A stretch of 64,000 bases of DNA from Azolla caroliniana (taxonomy: Eukaryota; Plantae; Polypodiophyta). Positions within the stretch are counted from its first letter, which is position 1. Every line of letters begins with the position of its first letter. Positions 37,301 to 49,200 of the stretch are shown here, one piece after another. The notes under the pieces are model-generated. The model was not told the origin of the DNA. It worked only from the letters and a program-made list of their open reading frames with translations, and ran no database searches. The stretch is from positions 23,932,001 to 23,996,000 of the forward strand of contig JBHGNT010000004.1 of NCBI GenBank assembly GCA_043228905.1. The letters are read 5' to 3'. A program made the translations under genes and the position numbers.

Positions 37301-39170
37301 AAAAGGCTACGTGTAGAAACACGACATCGACTACGATGAGACGTTCGCGCCGATCGCGAAGATGACGACCGTCCGTGTTTTGCTCGCGGTAGCCGCGGCC
37401 AAGGGGTGGCACTCACATCAGATGGATGTAAAGAATGCGTTCCTACAAGGTGACCTTGAGGACCAAGTCTACATGGTACAACCCTCCGGATTTCACTCCG
37501 GAACGAACACGTCGGTAGTGTGCCGATTGAAGAAGTCCCTTTACGGACTGAAGCAAGCCCCGCGTGCCTGGAATGCGAAGATCACGCATCGGCTCCGTCG
37601 GATGGGCTTTGCAATGTCAAAATCAAACTCCTCGTTGTTCATTCGGAAAGGTCGACTCGGGCCGGTCAGTATTTTACTCTATGTTGATGACTTGGTCATC
37701 ACCGACGCCGACCTAGGTGAAATCAACCGCGTGAAGCTCCAGCTTGCGGCATCATTCGACATGAAGGATCTAGGGGACCTTCATTACTTCCTCGGGATCG
37801 AAGTGATCCGCACCCCCGAAGGCATACTGATCAGCCAACGTCATTATGCGCTGAATATGCTCTTCAAATTCAGGATGGCAGACTGTAAGTCCGTGTCGAC
37901 TCCTCTGGATAGAACTGTCAAGCTTCGCCCCAATTCCGGCAAGGTTTGCGATCCGACAAGGTTCTGACAAATTGTCGGAAGCCTTATCTACTTGACAATC
38001 ACCCGACCCGATCTCAGTTATCTGGTCGGGTGGATCAGTCAGTTTATGGCGTGACCTACCGAGGAGCACCTTCAGTGTGCGCAACGCGTACTGCGGTACG
38101 TAAGCGGCACTAAGGACCGGGGACTGCTATATCGGACCGATACAGCCCCGCAGTTGGTCGGCTACACCGATGCCAACTGGGCCGGCAATGTCGCTGATCG
38201 CTGATCCACGTCCGGATACGCGTTCTCTCTTGGGAGTGCCGCAATCGCGTGGAGTAGCAAGAAGCAACCGACAGTTGCACTGTCGAGCACCGAAGCTGAG
38301 TACCGAGGAGTGGCTATCGCGATATGCGAAGACATATGGTTGAAGCGGCTACTTAAGGATCTGCAGGTGGAGGTGTCTGATCCGACGACGATCTACTGCG
38401 ACAACCTCAGTAGCATCCAACTCGCGAAGAACCCCGTCTTCCACGCACGGACCAAACACATTGAGGTGCACTACCATTTTGTCCGTGAGTGTGTCCTTTC
38501 TGGTGAAGTCGAACTTCAGTATGTTCCGACAGATCGGCAGACCGCCGACATCTTCACCAAGCCTCTTGGTCTGGACAAGTTGTGGCAATTCTCGGTTGCT
38601 CTTGGGTTGCGTCACCTCGACGTGTCGAACTTGAGGGGGAGAAACGTCCCAAATGACCACGAAAGGGAGCAGGAAAGGAGCGGAAAAGACCGTGGTGCCG
38701 AGTTGGATGACGAATTCGACCTCGGATCGGCTGAAGAAGCCGAGTGCGGATCCGCGGAAGAGTCTGAAAGCGGACATAAGGGGAGTAGCCGAAAGAAAAT
38801 GCCGGAGCCAACCAGGCATGGGCGAGATGACACCGTCAAGGGCGAGAAAACCGAAGACGAGTTGGAGACAGCCAACTCGGACGAGAGCGAAAACCGATCG
38901 GAGGTAGCCGAGTCGGTTTGGATGTTTGATTCAGGTACACTGAATCAACCGAGGACCAAGCGGAAAAGAAGGCAGCAGGAGAAGCGCCAACACTGCATCA
39001 GCAAGGGAGTTGTGAAGGGCCATGGGAACAGACAAGCCGACCAGAAGGGTCGAAGCGCGCGGAGTCAAACAAGCCAAGGAGCGCGAGCGATGCATGGAGC
39101 CAGGAGAAGCTGGAGCGTAGGTCCGGTAGAGCAAGTGGAACCTCAAGTTGAGCTTGAGGGGGAGTGTTGA
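34373..39170 (+). pseudogene. Copia A gag-pol, disrupted
   Basis: CWYCGKKGHKESEC, WYVDSG, HSDVWGP, RSDGGKEY, QMDVKNAFL, YVDDL, KHIEVHYHF; in-frame stops at 35088, 35574, 37281 and 37965, among others. Confidence 0.92.
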
Positions 39171-39221
39171 GAGACAAGCTCAACATTTGTGCGTAATCTG
39201 ATGTGTAAAACCGGTACGCAA

Positions 39222-39306
39222 TGTTGGAAGCGAGGTCGTCAGTGCGGAAGATCAAGTAGCATTCGAGTCTTGCTGAATACCTGCGTATGACAGTTTCTAT
39301 GTCGTT

Positions 39307-39347
<41 letters not shown>

Positions 39348-42300
39348 CACAAAAGAGTTTCTTATTTCACAAAGCAATAATACAACAACCAACCTTACAA
39401 ATAGGTTACAAGGTCACTATATATAGTGACCGACTTAGGGCAACTACCCTTTATGCTAATTACATAAATGGCCAGAACAGGATAGTGTGAATACGTCCAT
39501 TATACATATGTATTCGACACTCCCCCGCAATGGGCGTATACATGGGTTATCTAAGATTACAGGTATAGACTTAGGTTCTCGGACATATCAGCTTTGTTCG
39601 AGTCGGCAGGGTCCGAAGGCAGAAGACCGAACTGGTCGGGTTGGAACAGTTGAAGCCGATCATTAAGGAACTGATGTCGGTTGTCGGGAACCATCCTGCT
39701 CTGTGTCCGGCTCTAACCGGACTGGTTTGTCGTTACGCCCATCTGATGCCGAAGAGACCGAAAACGGTCTGCCGAAAGACACTTGGTCATTCCATCTGCG
39801 ACATTGTCGGTTGTGGATATTTTCTCTAGACCGATTTTTCCTGAAATGATGCAGTCCCGAACGAAGTGATATCGAACGTCGATATGTTTGGAGGCGTTGT
39901 GGTGAACCGGATTTTTCGACAAGGCAACAGCACCTTGACTGTCGCTGTAGACAACTGGAGCCGAGTCATGGTCGACTTGTCGAAACGTGTGCGCCAGCCG
40001 ACCGAGCCACAAAGCTTCTTTTGCTGCGTCGGACGCAGCTACATATTCTGCTTCGGTCGTTGAGGTCGCTGTGCACTCCTGAAGTTTCGACTTCCACGAG
40101 ATTGCTCCATTGCCGAATTTGAAGCAGTATCCGGTTGTTGATTTCCGACTGTCTATACAGCCGGCGAAGTCCGAGTCGGTGTAACCGACTACGCCTGAGG
40201 TTCGGTTCGGACCGAAAAGAATGCCATGGTCTTTTGTGCCAGCCAGATATCTGAACACATGCTTGACTGCGTTCCAATGCGATCGGCCAGGATTGTGCAT
40301 AAATCTGCTGACGACTCCTACGGCATGAGAAATATCAGGCCGTGTCGCGACCATGAGGTACATAAGGGAGCCGACTGCCGGTGCATACGGTACCGACTTC
40401 ATATCTTCCCCCTCCGGACCGGATGTCGGGCAGTCTCGCTGAGAGAGCCGAAGATTCATAGGGAGCGGGGTTGAAGCAGATTTGGCTGATTGCATGTTGA
40501 AGCGTTCTAAGACACGTCGGATATAGTCGGTCTGAGACAGAAAAAGATGTTGTTTATCGCGATGCCGACTAATCTTCATGCCGAGTATGTGTCGTGCCGG
40601 ACCGAGGTCCTTCATGGCAAACTTCAACCGCAGTTGCCGAATGAGATCGGCAAGTTCGCCCGTGTGGCGTCCAGAAATTAGCATGTCGTCCACGTAAATG
40701 ATGAGAAAGATGGGTGATCCATCTTGAGCTGTGTTGGTGAAGAGACAATGGTCCTCATCGCTTTTTGAGAAGCCGATCGATTGGATGAAGTCGTCGAACT
40801 TCTTGTACCATTGTCGTGGTGCCTGTTTGAGGCCGTATAGACTCTTCCTGAGTCGGCAGACTAGATGTTCTTGACCGGTGGCCACGAAGCCTTTTGGCTG
40901 CTCCATATAAATTTCCTCCTCAAGATCACCATGGAGGAAGGCTGTTTTGACATCTAGCTGAATCATCTCCAAGTTGTCGGCTGCCACTACGCCGAGTAGG
41001 AAACGAAGGGTTGTCATTTTCACCACTGGTGAAAAAATCTCGTCGAAGTCGACGCCGTATTCTTGTCGGAAGCCCTTCGCAACTAGTCTGGCCTTGTACT
41101 TTGGGGTGGTCGAATCAGACGTCTCTTTTAGTCGATAAACCCACTTGCAAGGAAGAGCACGTCGGTTCCTAGGTAATTCGACCAGATCCCAAGTCTTGTT
41201 TACCCGTATGGAGTGCATTTCCGACTCCATCGCCAGATGCCAGGTGGCGGAATCGACAGATGTCGATGCTTCTTCGTAAGACGTCGGTTCGCCGACGTCG
41301 GTGAAGAAAACTCCAGGAGAATACCTCTCCGGAGGTTGCGACAGTCTCTCGGATCGGCGAGGTATGATTGGACTGGTCGCATCGGGTATCGAGGTCGGAT
41401 GGTCCGAAAGCGGATTGTTCTGCTGTGCCGAGTCGGAGTTGTCCGAGTCGGTAGTGTAAGGTTCAGCTACCCGTGAAGCTGACCGTGTGTTGAGAGCGGG
41501 GCCTTCTTGAAGGGTCGGCACATCGGAAAACGTTACCCTTCGGACTTCGATCGGTTTTTCGACTGATGGATTCATAGCCGACTCGTTGAACACAACGTCC
41601 GAACTTCGAACGATTTGCCTGCGTTCGGGGTCCCAGAGTCGGTATCCCATTTCGCCGTCGGATCCGTATCCAAGGAAAATGCATTTCCTGGACCGAGGTG
41701 CAAGTTTTCGGCGATCATCTTTCAGAATAAGGGCGTACGCCTCGCATCCGAAGATCCTCAGCTTGTCGTAATTCGGCTTACTGCCGATCCATAGTTCCTG
41801 AGGAATTTGAAGTCCTAGAGGTCTACTTGGCGACATATTGATTATGTGTACTGCCGTGAGTAGAGCCTCTGCCCAGAAGCCATCCGACAGTCCGGAGTGT
41901 TGGAGCATGGAAACTATCCGTTCTTGGATTGTCCGATTCATGCGTTCGGCAATCCCGTTTTGCTCCGGACTGTGTGGTGTCGTAAATTCACGTCGGATGC
42001 CGCGTTGTCGGCAGAATTTGACGAATTCTTCTGATTTGAACTCTCCCCCATTGTCGGTCCGAAAGCATTTCAGTTTTCGGTCGGTTTGATTTTCTACCAT
42101 AGCGAGCCAATCGGAGAAGATCGAGAAGACCCGATCTTTGGTGCGAATTGGATAAGCCCACACCTTTCGAGTCGAATTGTCAATAAAAGTGACGAAGTAA
42201 GAGGCACCGCCTAGAGACTGATGCGGCATTGGGCCACAGACGTCCGAGTGGACCAAATCGAGAGGTCTCGTTTCTCTTGGTGCTGATGTCGGGTGTGATG

Positions 42301-44501
42301 CGGCTGCTTGTTTGCCATACTGGCAATGCTCGCAAAATTGATGGTCGGAGAAGGAGAGTTTGGGGATGTATCCGGCTCTAGATAGGTGCGTGATGCCGGC
42401 CTTGCTGAGGTGTCCTAATCTTCGGTGCCATAGAGATGACACAGGAATATCCACCAAAAACAGGTTACCCTCTCTGAGCGTAACATGTAACGGATACAGG
42501 GAGTGTATCTTGGGTCCTCTAGCAAGCAGGAGGTTCCCCCTGTGGAGTGTCCACCCTCCCGAAGAAAAACCGGCACGAATGCCGTCTTCATCTAGTTGTC
42601 CGACTGAGATCAATGGCCTTGAGAGCTCGGGTACATGTCGAACATTGTGGAGTACAAGTGTAGAGCCACCTGCAAGGTTGAGCTCTACTGTGCCGATTCC
42701 GATGATGTCACAGTGTTGTGAGTTGCCGACTCGAACTGAGTCGGAGTGACGGATCGTATATTGCCGGAATTGGGATCGATGAGGAGTCACGTGAAATGAC
42801 GCGCCCGAATCTAAGAGCCATGTGCTCGATTCTTCAGTCGTGAGTAGAACTTCTGATCCGACTGGATTTTCGATTGATAGTATATTCGGGTCGTCCGGTA
42901 GTACATCAGCTGAGAAGCTGACGTAATTGATCTCCTCATGCCGGCCACTCTTCTTGTTGTTCTTGTTCTTGAGTGCGCGGCAGTCTGCTTTGATGTGTCC
43001 GGGTTTCTTGCAATAGTTGCAGATTCGGTTATCCCGTGACTGGCTCCGTCTTCGCTGATTGCTCGGCGGTCGTGAGGAATCTCTTCCTCGTATGTTCGAT
43101 CGGTCTGTCGAACCTTGTACTACGTAGGCGTCGTCTGTTGAGTCTTTGGCGAAAGACTTTCTCCGAGCTGCTTCGGTCAGGATTGCGCTCGTGACTTCGG
43201 AGTATTTAACAGCCGTGGTTGACGCGTTGCACACGGTTGTAACGAAAGTTTCCCATGATAAGGGAAGGCTGCTCATGAGTATCATTGCTCTGAGTTCATC
43301 CTCGATTGCCGTCCCCTGAGATGAGATTTGGGAGCTGATGCTTTCGTACTCATTGAGGTGTGCTTGAACCGAATCAGATTCTTTCATCCGCAAGTTGTAG
43401 AGGCGCCGGATCAGAAACATCTTCGTTGCGGCGACCTTCTTTTCGTAAGTGTCCGACAGTGTTTTCCACAGTTCGAATGCTGTCGTACACGATTGCACCG
43501 TAAAGTATACCGATTCCGATAGGTGCATCCGAATCGTGGCGCGGACGATTCTGTCCAGCTTCTGCCACTCAATTGGTTTGTATCCTTCTGGAGGTTCTTC
43601 ATTTTCGATGGGATCGATTTGCCCCTTGACTATGAGATAGTCCTGCATTTGTTCCTTCCAGAAGTTGAAGTTCGATCCATCGAACTTTCGTAGACTCATT
43701 TCTGACGAGCCGGATGTTGATGCCATCAAATTCGGTTCCGGTTGACGAAGCTCGGTTCGGAGTTGACTACGAACCTTGTTGGAGTGCAGCCGGTTGGCTC
43801 ACCCGATATCGTTCTAGTCGGATTTGAACCCGAGTCGGTTCGGCTTCGGATATATGTATTGTTGAACTTGCTCGAATTGACTCCGGTAGCTTGAGGGACA
43901 GAACCGACTGGTCTTCCCGAATGGTTCCGAGTCGAAGTGAGCCCGGTTCGCTTCGGATATATATACCGAATACCGATTATTGAAACCGATTATCTGGACC
44001 GATTCGGCTTCGGGTGACTGCAGCGACGAGAGAGATGGATCCAATTGATCCTCTCGAATGTCGATCAGCCGGATGAAGCACGAATTTGGGGTTGTTGTCT
44101 TGAGACCGATCTGCACCGAGTGGTTACAACGAGCGGCGTTTGATTACCTCTTCGGATGCCGTTTAACCGGGTGGAGCACGATCGTGTCAATGTTGCACAA
44201 GGGGATTTCACCTCGAGCGGTTACGATCACAAGGAACAGAGTACAACCTGATGGCTTACTCCAAGCAGGAGGATCTAACGCGATGAGGTGCAAACCTCGT
44301 TTTTGTTCTTCTTCTCTCTTTCTTCGAATGACGCAGGAAACCGAATGCTGTGAAGGCTGAGACGACGACCGACAGCGGATTGAAGGACCGAATGCTGTGC
44401 AGGCTCTGATACCAGATGTTGGAAGCGAGGTCGTCAGTGCGGAAGATCAAGTAGCATTCGAGTCTTGCTGAATACCTGCGTATGACAGTTTCTATGTCGT
44501 T

Positions 44502-44560
<59 letters not shown>

Positions 44561-44732
44561 CACAAAAGAGTTTCTTATTTCACAAAGCAATAATACAACA
44601 ACCAACCTTACAAATAGGTTACAAGGTCACTATATATAGTGACCGACTTAGGGCAACTACCCTTTATGCTAATTACATAAATGGCCAGAACAGGATAGTG
44701 TGAATACGTCCATTATACATATGTATTCGACA
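39222..44732 (-). mobile_element. Intact young Ty1/Copia (element B) nested in the 3' LTR of element A
   Basis: LTRs 44417-44732 and 39222-39519; perfect Met-i PBS TGGTATCAGAGC at 44414-44403; PPT ATTGCGGGGGAG; TSD CGCAA/CGCAG; single 1338-aa ORF. Confidence 0.97.
39713..43729 (-). CDS. Copia gag-pol polyprotein (gag, zinc knuckle, protease, integrase, RT, RNase H), uninterrupted
   Basis: CNYCKKPGHIKADC, LLDSGAS, HSDVCGP/TDNGGEF/GIAERMN, QLDVKTAFL, IYVDDML, YTDSD, TEAEY, KHIDVRYHF, ADGMTK. Confidence 0.96.
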   Translation of the reverse strand: MMASTSGSSEMSLRKFDGSNFNFWKEQMQDYLIVKGQIDPIENEEPPEGYKPIEWQKLDRIVRATIRMHLSESVYFTVQSCTTAFELWKTLSDTYEKKVAATKMFLIRRLYNLRMKESDSVQAHLNEYESISSQISSQGTAIEDELRAMILMSSLPLSWETFVTTVCNASTTAVKYSEVTSAILTEAARRKSFAKDSTDDAYVVQGSTDRSNIRGRDSSRPPSNQRRRSQSRDNRICNYCKKPGHIKADCRALKNKNNKKSGRHEEINYVSFSADVLPDDPNILSIENPVGSEVLLTTEESSTWLLDSGASFHVTPHRSQFRQYTIRHSDSVRVGNSQHCDIIGIGTVELNLAGGSTLVLHNVRHVPELSRPLISVGQLDEDGIRAGFSSGGWTLHRGNLLLARGPKIHSLYPLHVTLREGNLFLVDIPVSSLWHRRLGHLSKAGITHLSRAGYIPKLSFSDHQFCEHCQYGKQAAASHPTSAPRETRPLDLVHSDVCGPMPHQSLGGASYFVTFIDNSTRKVWAYPIRTKDRVFSIFSDWLAMVENQTDRKLKCFRTDNGGEFKSEEFVKFCRQRGIRREFTTPHSPEQNGIAERMNRTIQERIVSMLQHSGLSDGFWAEALLTAVHIINMSPSRPLGLQIPQELWIGSKPNYDKLRIFGCEAYALILKDDRRKLAPRSRKCIFLGYGSDGEMGYRLWDPERRQIVRSSDVVFNESAMNPSVEKPIEVRRVTFSDVPTLQEGPALNTRSASRVAEPYTTDSDNSDSAQQNNPLSDHPTSIPDATSPIIPRRSERLSQPPERYSPGVFFTDVGEPTSYEEASTSVDSATWHLAMESEMHSIRVNKTWDLVELPRNRRALPCKWVYRLKETSDSTTPKYKARLVAKGFRQEYGVDFDEIFSPVVKMTTLRFLLGVVAADNLEMIQLDVKTAFLHGDLEEEIYMEQPKGFVATGQEHLVCRLRKSLYGLKQAPRQWYKKFDDFIQSIGFSKSDEDHCLFTNTAQDGSPIFLIIYVDDMLISGRHTGELADLIRQLRLKFAMKDLGPARHILGMKISRHRDKQHLFLSQTDYIRRVLERFNMQSAKSASTPLPMNLRLSQRDCPTSGPEGEDMKSVPYAPAVGSLMYLMVATRPDISHAVGVVSRFMHNPGRSHWNAVKHVFRYLAGTKDHGILFGPNRTSGVVGYTDSDFAGCIDSRKSTTGYCFKFGNGAISWKSKLQECTATSTTEAEYVAASDAAKEALWLGRLAHTFRQVDHDSAPVVYSDSQGAVALSKNPVHHNASKHIDVRYHFVRDCIISGKIGLEKISTTDNVADGMTKCLSADRFRSLRHQMGVTTNQSG

Positions 44733-45149
44733 CGCAGACTGGTGTGTAGGAAGGCCGTATCGGTGTGTAGACCGAAAGGCCGTTAGAAAGATATTCCTCG
44801 TAAGGAATAGTTTTGGGAGTAAGAGTCGAGGCTCATTTATGAGCAGTCAAGTACTGTCAGTACTTGTGTCAGCCCATTGTCAGGGCTTGTATAAAAGTGC
44901 TCATTGAGCACATCCTATGTACAGATTGAGTATTATCGTTTTGAATTAAGCTCTTGTGCTTACTCTCTCTCTATCTCTCCCGTGCGTACTATGCAAACCT
45001 AAGCTTTCCATTAAACCTGCGTTTTCTGTTGTTCGGATTTCCTATATTGCTTCCGCACGCCATTCTTTTCACATCTAAATGTGATAATGTTTGCTTACAA
45101 ATGTGTGGTGTTGTCAGGAGTTCTTCCTATGAAAGAAAGATATATTAAT

Positions 45150-46260
45150 GTCTTCTAAGGCCAAAAATTGGCCCGTGAGACAATTGGTGTATAACAAAAA
45201 TAGGGTATTTACCCAATCATCAAAAATAAAATAAATAAAAATAGAACTTAAGCTAAAAGAGTTCTAGTATTGTACAAAACGTGTTATGGTGTAACATATT
45301 CGATAAAGGAAATGAGTTTGTGCTAGGCCTAGTTTCATTTCCATCCAAGATTCTCGAAAAGAAGTGGGAGGTCAAAGGGTTTTGGTGTGGGTGTGACCCG
45401 TGGTCCTGGTGTAGAAGGTACCCCAACCATGGCTTCTAGGTTGTGTAGCTCACGTTCCCTTATTTTTTTAATTGCTTCTACACCACGTCGAGTTGCTTTA
45501 AACTTGACATCTGAGGGCGTTTGGTTCTTCTTTGGTTTTTCTGCTTCATCAAGGAAGAGGTCGAGTGGTGCAGGTGTGTCCACATTCGTCATCTCCCCCT
45601 GTCCTTGAAAAACTTCATTTGTTACATGTCGAAAAGAAGTGGGAGGTCAAACAGTTTCGGTTTGGGACCCGTGGTCTTGGTGTAGAAGGCACCCCAACCA
45701 TGGCTTCTAGGTTGTGTAGCTCACGTTCCCTTATTTTCTTAAGTGCTTCTACACCACATTGAGTTGCATTGAAACCCGACATCTGAGGGTGTTTGGTTCT
45801 TCTTTGGTTTTCTGCTTCATCAAGGAAGAGGTTGAGTGGTGTAGGTGTGTCCACATTCATAGTCTCCCCCTGTCCTTGAAAAACTTCATTTGTTACATGT
45901 TGGTGAATATTAGAAACGTCATTGTCAACATTTTGTAGCTTATTCTCTCTATGTTGTTTTAGCTCTATGATATATCTTCCTAATTTCTTTATATCTAGAG
46001 TATCTAATAGTTTAGGGAGGGTGGGAGAGGGACAGAGTATATCTCAGTATTTTTCCCTTATCTTGGCATAAGTTGGACACTTGCATGTAAAGTGGTACTA
46101 ATCCTCTATCTCTATTGACATAATCTACATATCCTTTCCTCTCTAGGGACTCCATTAGTAAGACCATTGTCAATCTCAAAGAGCAGTTCCTTTTCAAAGT
46201 CCCATGCACCTTGTGATGATTAACTGAGATTTGACATGTGTCAACCTTGTTTTCCAATGA
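45150..46260 (-). repeat. Dispersed repeat with a remnant unknown ORF and an internal ~273-bp tandem duplication (45354-45628, 45629-45900)
   Basis: Homologous to 56447-57185; shared AAAATTGGCCC, TAGTTTCATTTCCATCCAAG and HRENKLQNV..SNIHQ-encoding segment. Confidence 0.75.
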
Positions 46261-49200
46261 CATGGGTAGGTACAAATGTCAACTTGTTCTTAAACTTACT
46301 GGTTAAAGCTAATGAGCAGAGTGGTACTTTGCTTAACCATGCTTAAAACTCATAATTAAGAGAACATTAATCTTGGTTGAAAGAGTTAATTAACATTAAA
46401 AAATTAGAATATACAAGTGCATTAGGCAACACACTTCAATTACTGCTTACCAATCTCCATCTCCATCATCCTTGTCATTACATGGTTATGATAATGGGTT
46501 CTTTATTTCAGGAAACCATCTCCATCATCCTTGTCATTGTCATCATTCTCGTCCTTTTGGACACTGGTGCAAGTTCGTAAGTAGCATTAATGTAGGCCTC
46601 TTCAAAGGTCATGATATTATATGCTATTGCTTCATGTTGGTATGCCAAAAGCACTTGAATAATTTTGTCCTTCATGGTTGCTGCCCAATTGTGGAAGTCA
46701 TTGCATAAGCAAAACTCATTCAACATGCAAGCTTCATCCCATGGTTATTGCCATTACGCACATATGGGTACTATAACCCTAGAGGAAAAACATAATCTTC
46801 TTCATTATTGGAAGGTTCTATTGTAAATCCTTTTGATATAAATTGCTTCAAAAGGTACAAAGGTTTCTCTCAAATTCCTAGGAACATGAAGTCAACCAAG
46901 TTAGAGTTGTCTCGAGGTGGTGAGATTGTAGTGTACAAAAGGGCCATCTACCTAGGTAAATATTTTGTACAATAGCTTGGTGATGGTTGGAGGTAGGTTT
47001 TGCAATGGTGAACTTTGGGGCTCTATTAATGGAAAAGCAATGACACTTGTGAAGAATAACTACTCGGAGGTCCTAACTAAGCAAACTTTGATTAACTATT
47101 TCTATAATTGACCAAGATGTTGGTGGGGTGACAATGAGGTCAATCAAGGTTGGTTGACACAAAGATTATGTATATTGTGACAACAAAGATTATAGCTTGG
47201 ATCATAATAGTTATTGGTGAGTTTGGCTTTTAGCCGTAGTAGCTTGGCCCCTTGGATGAGGTGTGCTCGATATATTTTTAACTGGATCTCTTTTGATGCA
47301 ACAAGTCTTGTGTCATGGAATTGGTTCTTTGATTTTGTGTTGGATATCAATTGGAGTTGAGTGTGCATTGCATGACTAGAGAAGGTCAATGCAACAATTA
47401 TTTCTTGCTCATGGCTATTGCTATTGTTAAATATTCGATAGATTTTGAGTCTCAAAGTTCTATGACATGTGTAGTCGAGTTGATGAGGTGAGTGATGTGT
47501 CAGCAAGGGATATGACAGTAGGTGCCTTGTCAAGTACAACAATGATAATGGCATTGGTACCTAGTAATGCAAGTCTAGATGCAAGATAAAGGTAGAGAAA
47601 AGGCACAAGAGAAAAGGTAGAGTTTAATTTCTTGAGGACAAACTAGTCTGGAAAGGGCAAAAACACTGCAAAAGGCTATAAAGCTCATTTTTGCCCCCCC
47701 TCCCCCTCGGATCTCCTCTAATTTATTCATAAGATTATTGTTAAGAACTTTAAGCCTTAAACAAATCTCCTTGTGGTGTATCCTCACCACTTGAAGCATG
47801 GTTGGTTAATTGCATATTGTTTTATTTATCCGATTTAATTGATTTTTATTTTTTATTTTTTTAAAGACAAGATTCACCTTGGTATTAATGAAAAGATGCC
47901 CAAAGGCTACAAAGAATCCATACAATAAAATATAACCCTCCTACCCACTTCAATGAACATGTCTAGTAGCGGAAGCTCTCATGTAGGGTCAACACTTAAA
48001 GCCTAGATAAGGTGTAACTAGTTAGTTTCTTGGTGTTGATAACTATTTAAGAGCAGAGGAAGAGTTCAATTAGGTCATAATATCTAGTGTCAGTAGCTTG
48101 AGAGTATTGCTTCATGAGCATTCTTGTTGTTTCACCAATGAATGGGTAAATGACAATCCAACTTAGACAAAGGACATCGAAAAGGAGATAGAACTCCTAC
48201 CAAGATAAAGATGTGCAGTTAGTGTGAGGCACCTAAAAGCAACACATCTACCTCTTCTATCTCCTTGGCATTTTCTAAATGTGAGGGTGGGATAGTTTCA
48301 TCTTCAATTCACTAGTTATAGGAGTTTATCTTACATTGGTGACCACCTTAGCCCATATCCAATGTGAGTGGCTCTTCATGTTGTTCATTAAGCATTTCGT
48401 GTTCTTGTGACACATTTGCTTTGACAATGACATCAAGTTGTTGATGTTGTAGGCATAATCTTAGGGACCAATTTCTAAAAAGTAGGATAAGTGGGAAACT
48501 AGTTATCCTAGGACTTGGGACAAACCCATAAGGACCCATCACACATGGGAACATGTGCTGGTTTAGGAACCTTTAGAATTGCTCCATTTTCCCAATTATC
48601 CAACCCTTAAACAATTGAAAATAACTTTGAGAGTTGGTTCCTAAGCTTACGCCCATGGGCCATGGCCCATAATAATGAACAATGGTAATGAGTTGTGGGA
48701 GATGTGGTGTACGTGGGCAAGGTAAGATAAGGTCAATGTGTAAATTTAAGAAGTATTTATTTATAATCAAAGTTACCAATATTGCTAAAGAAACGTGTAT
48801 TACTAAAAGTAATGTATCCATATGGTGGGGGTGGAATTATCTCATAAAGATCCCCCCTCCCAACAATGTGATGCTCTTTTTCCTATAATTAATAATAATA
48901 ATAATGGTAATACACATTACGAATCGTGGAGATATTTTTCTATAAACTTCTTTGGTTGTGTAAAAAGTTGTTTGTTTGTTTCTCTCATGTAGATTTAATT
49001 TTCGCCCTTTTTCTATTTTGCCATTCCATTTTGTAAATAAAAAACCTTATTTGTTGTGCTTGAATCTTTAGTTTAGGTTTATGAATGAACATTTCATGGT
49101 TTAGTTGTGTCAGATTTTGTTGATATATTCTCTATACCTTATTCATTGTTAAGCCACTTAGGTTGGTAGTTTATTTCCATATTTGTATTGGTAATAAAGT

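Larger units (their letters stand above)
33885..45071 (+). mobile_element. Full-length decayed Ty1/Copia (element A), TSD CATCT, 391-bp LTRs; 3' LTR split by Copia B
   Basis: 5' LTR 33885-34275; PBS TGGTATTAGAGC; gag-PR-IN-RT-RH with several stops and frameshifts; PPT TTGAGGGGGAG; 3' LTR 39165-39221 plus 44733-45071; CATCT at 33880-33884 and 45072-45076. Confidence 0.96.

Noticed and set aside
42170-42195. Copia B integrase FIDN instead of the usual FIDD as an inactivating change
   Set aside because: This residue is not part of the DDE triad, which is intact; any effect is unknown.
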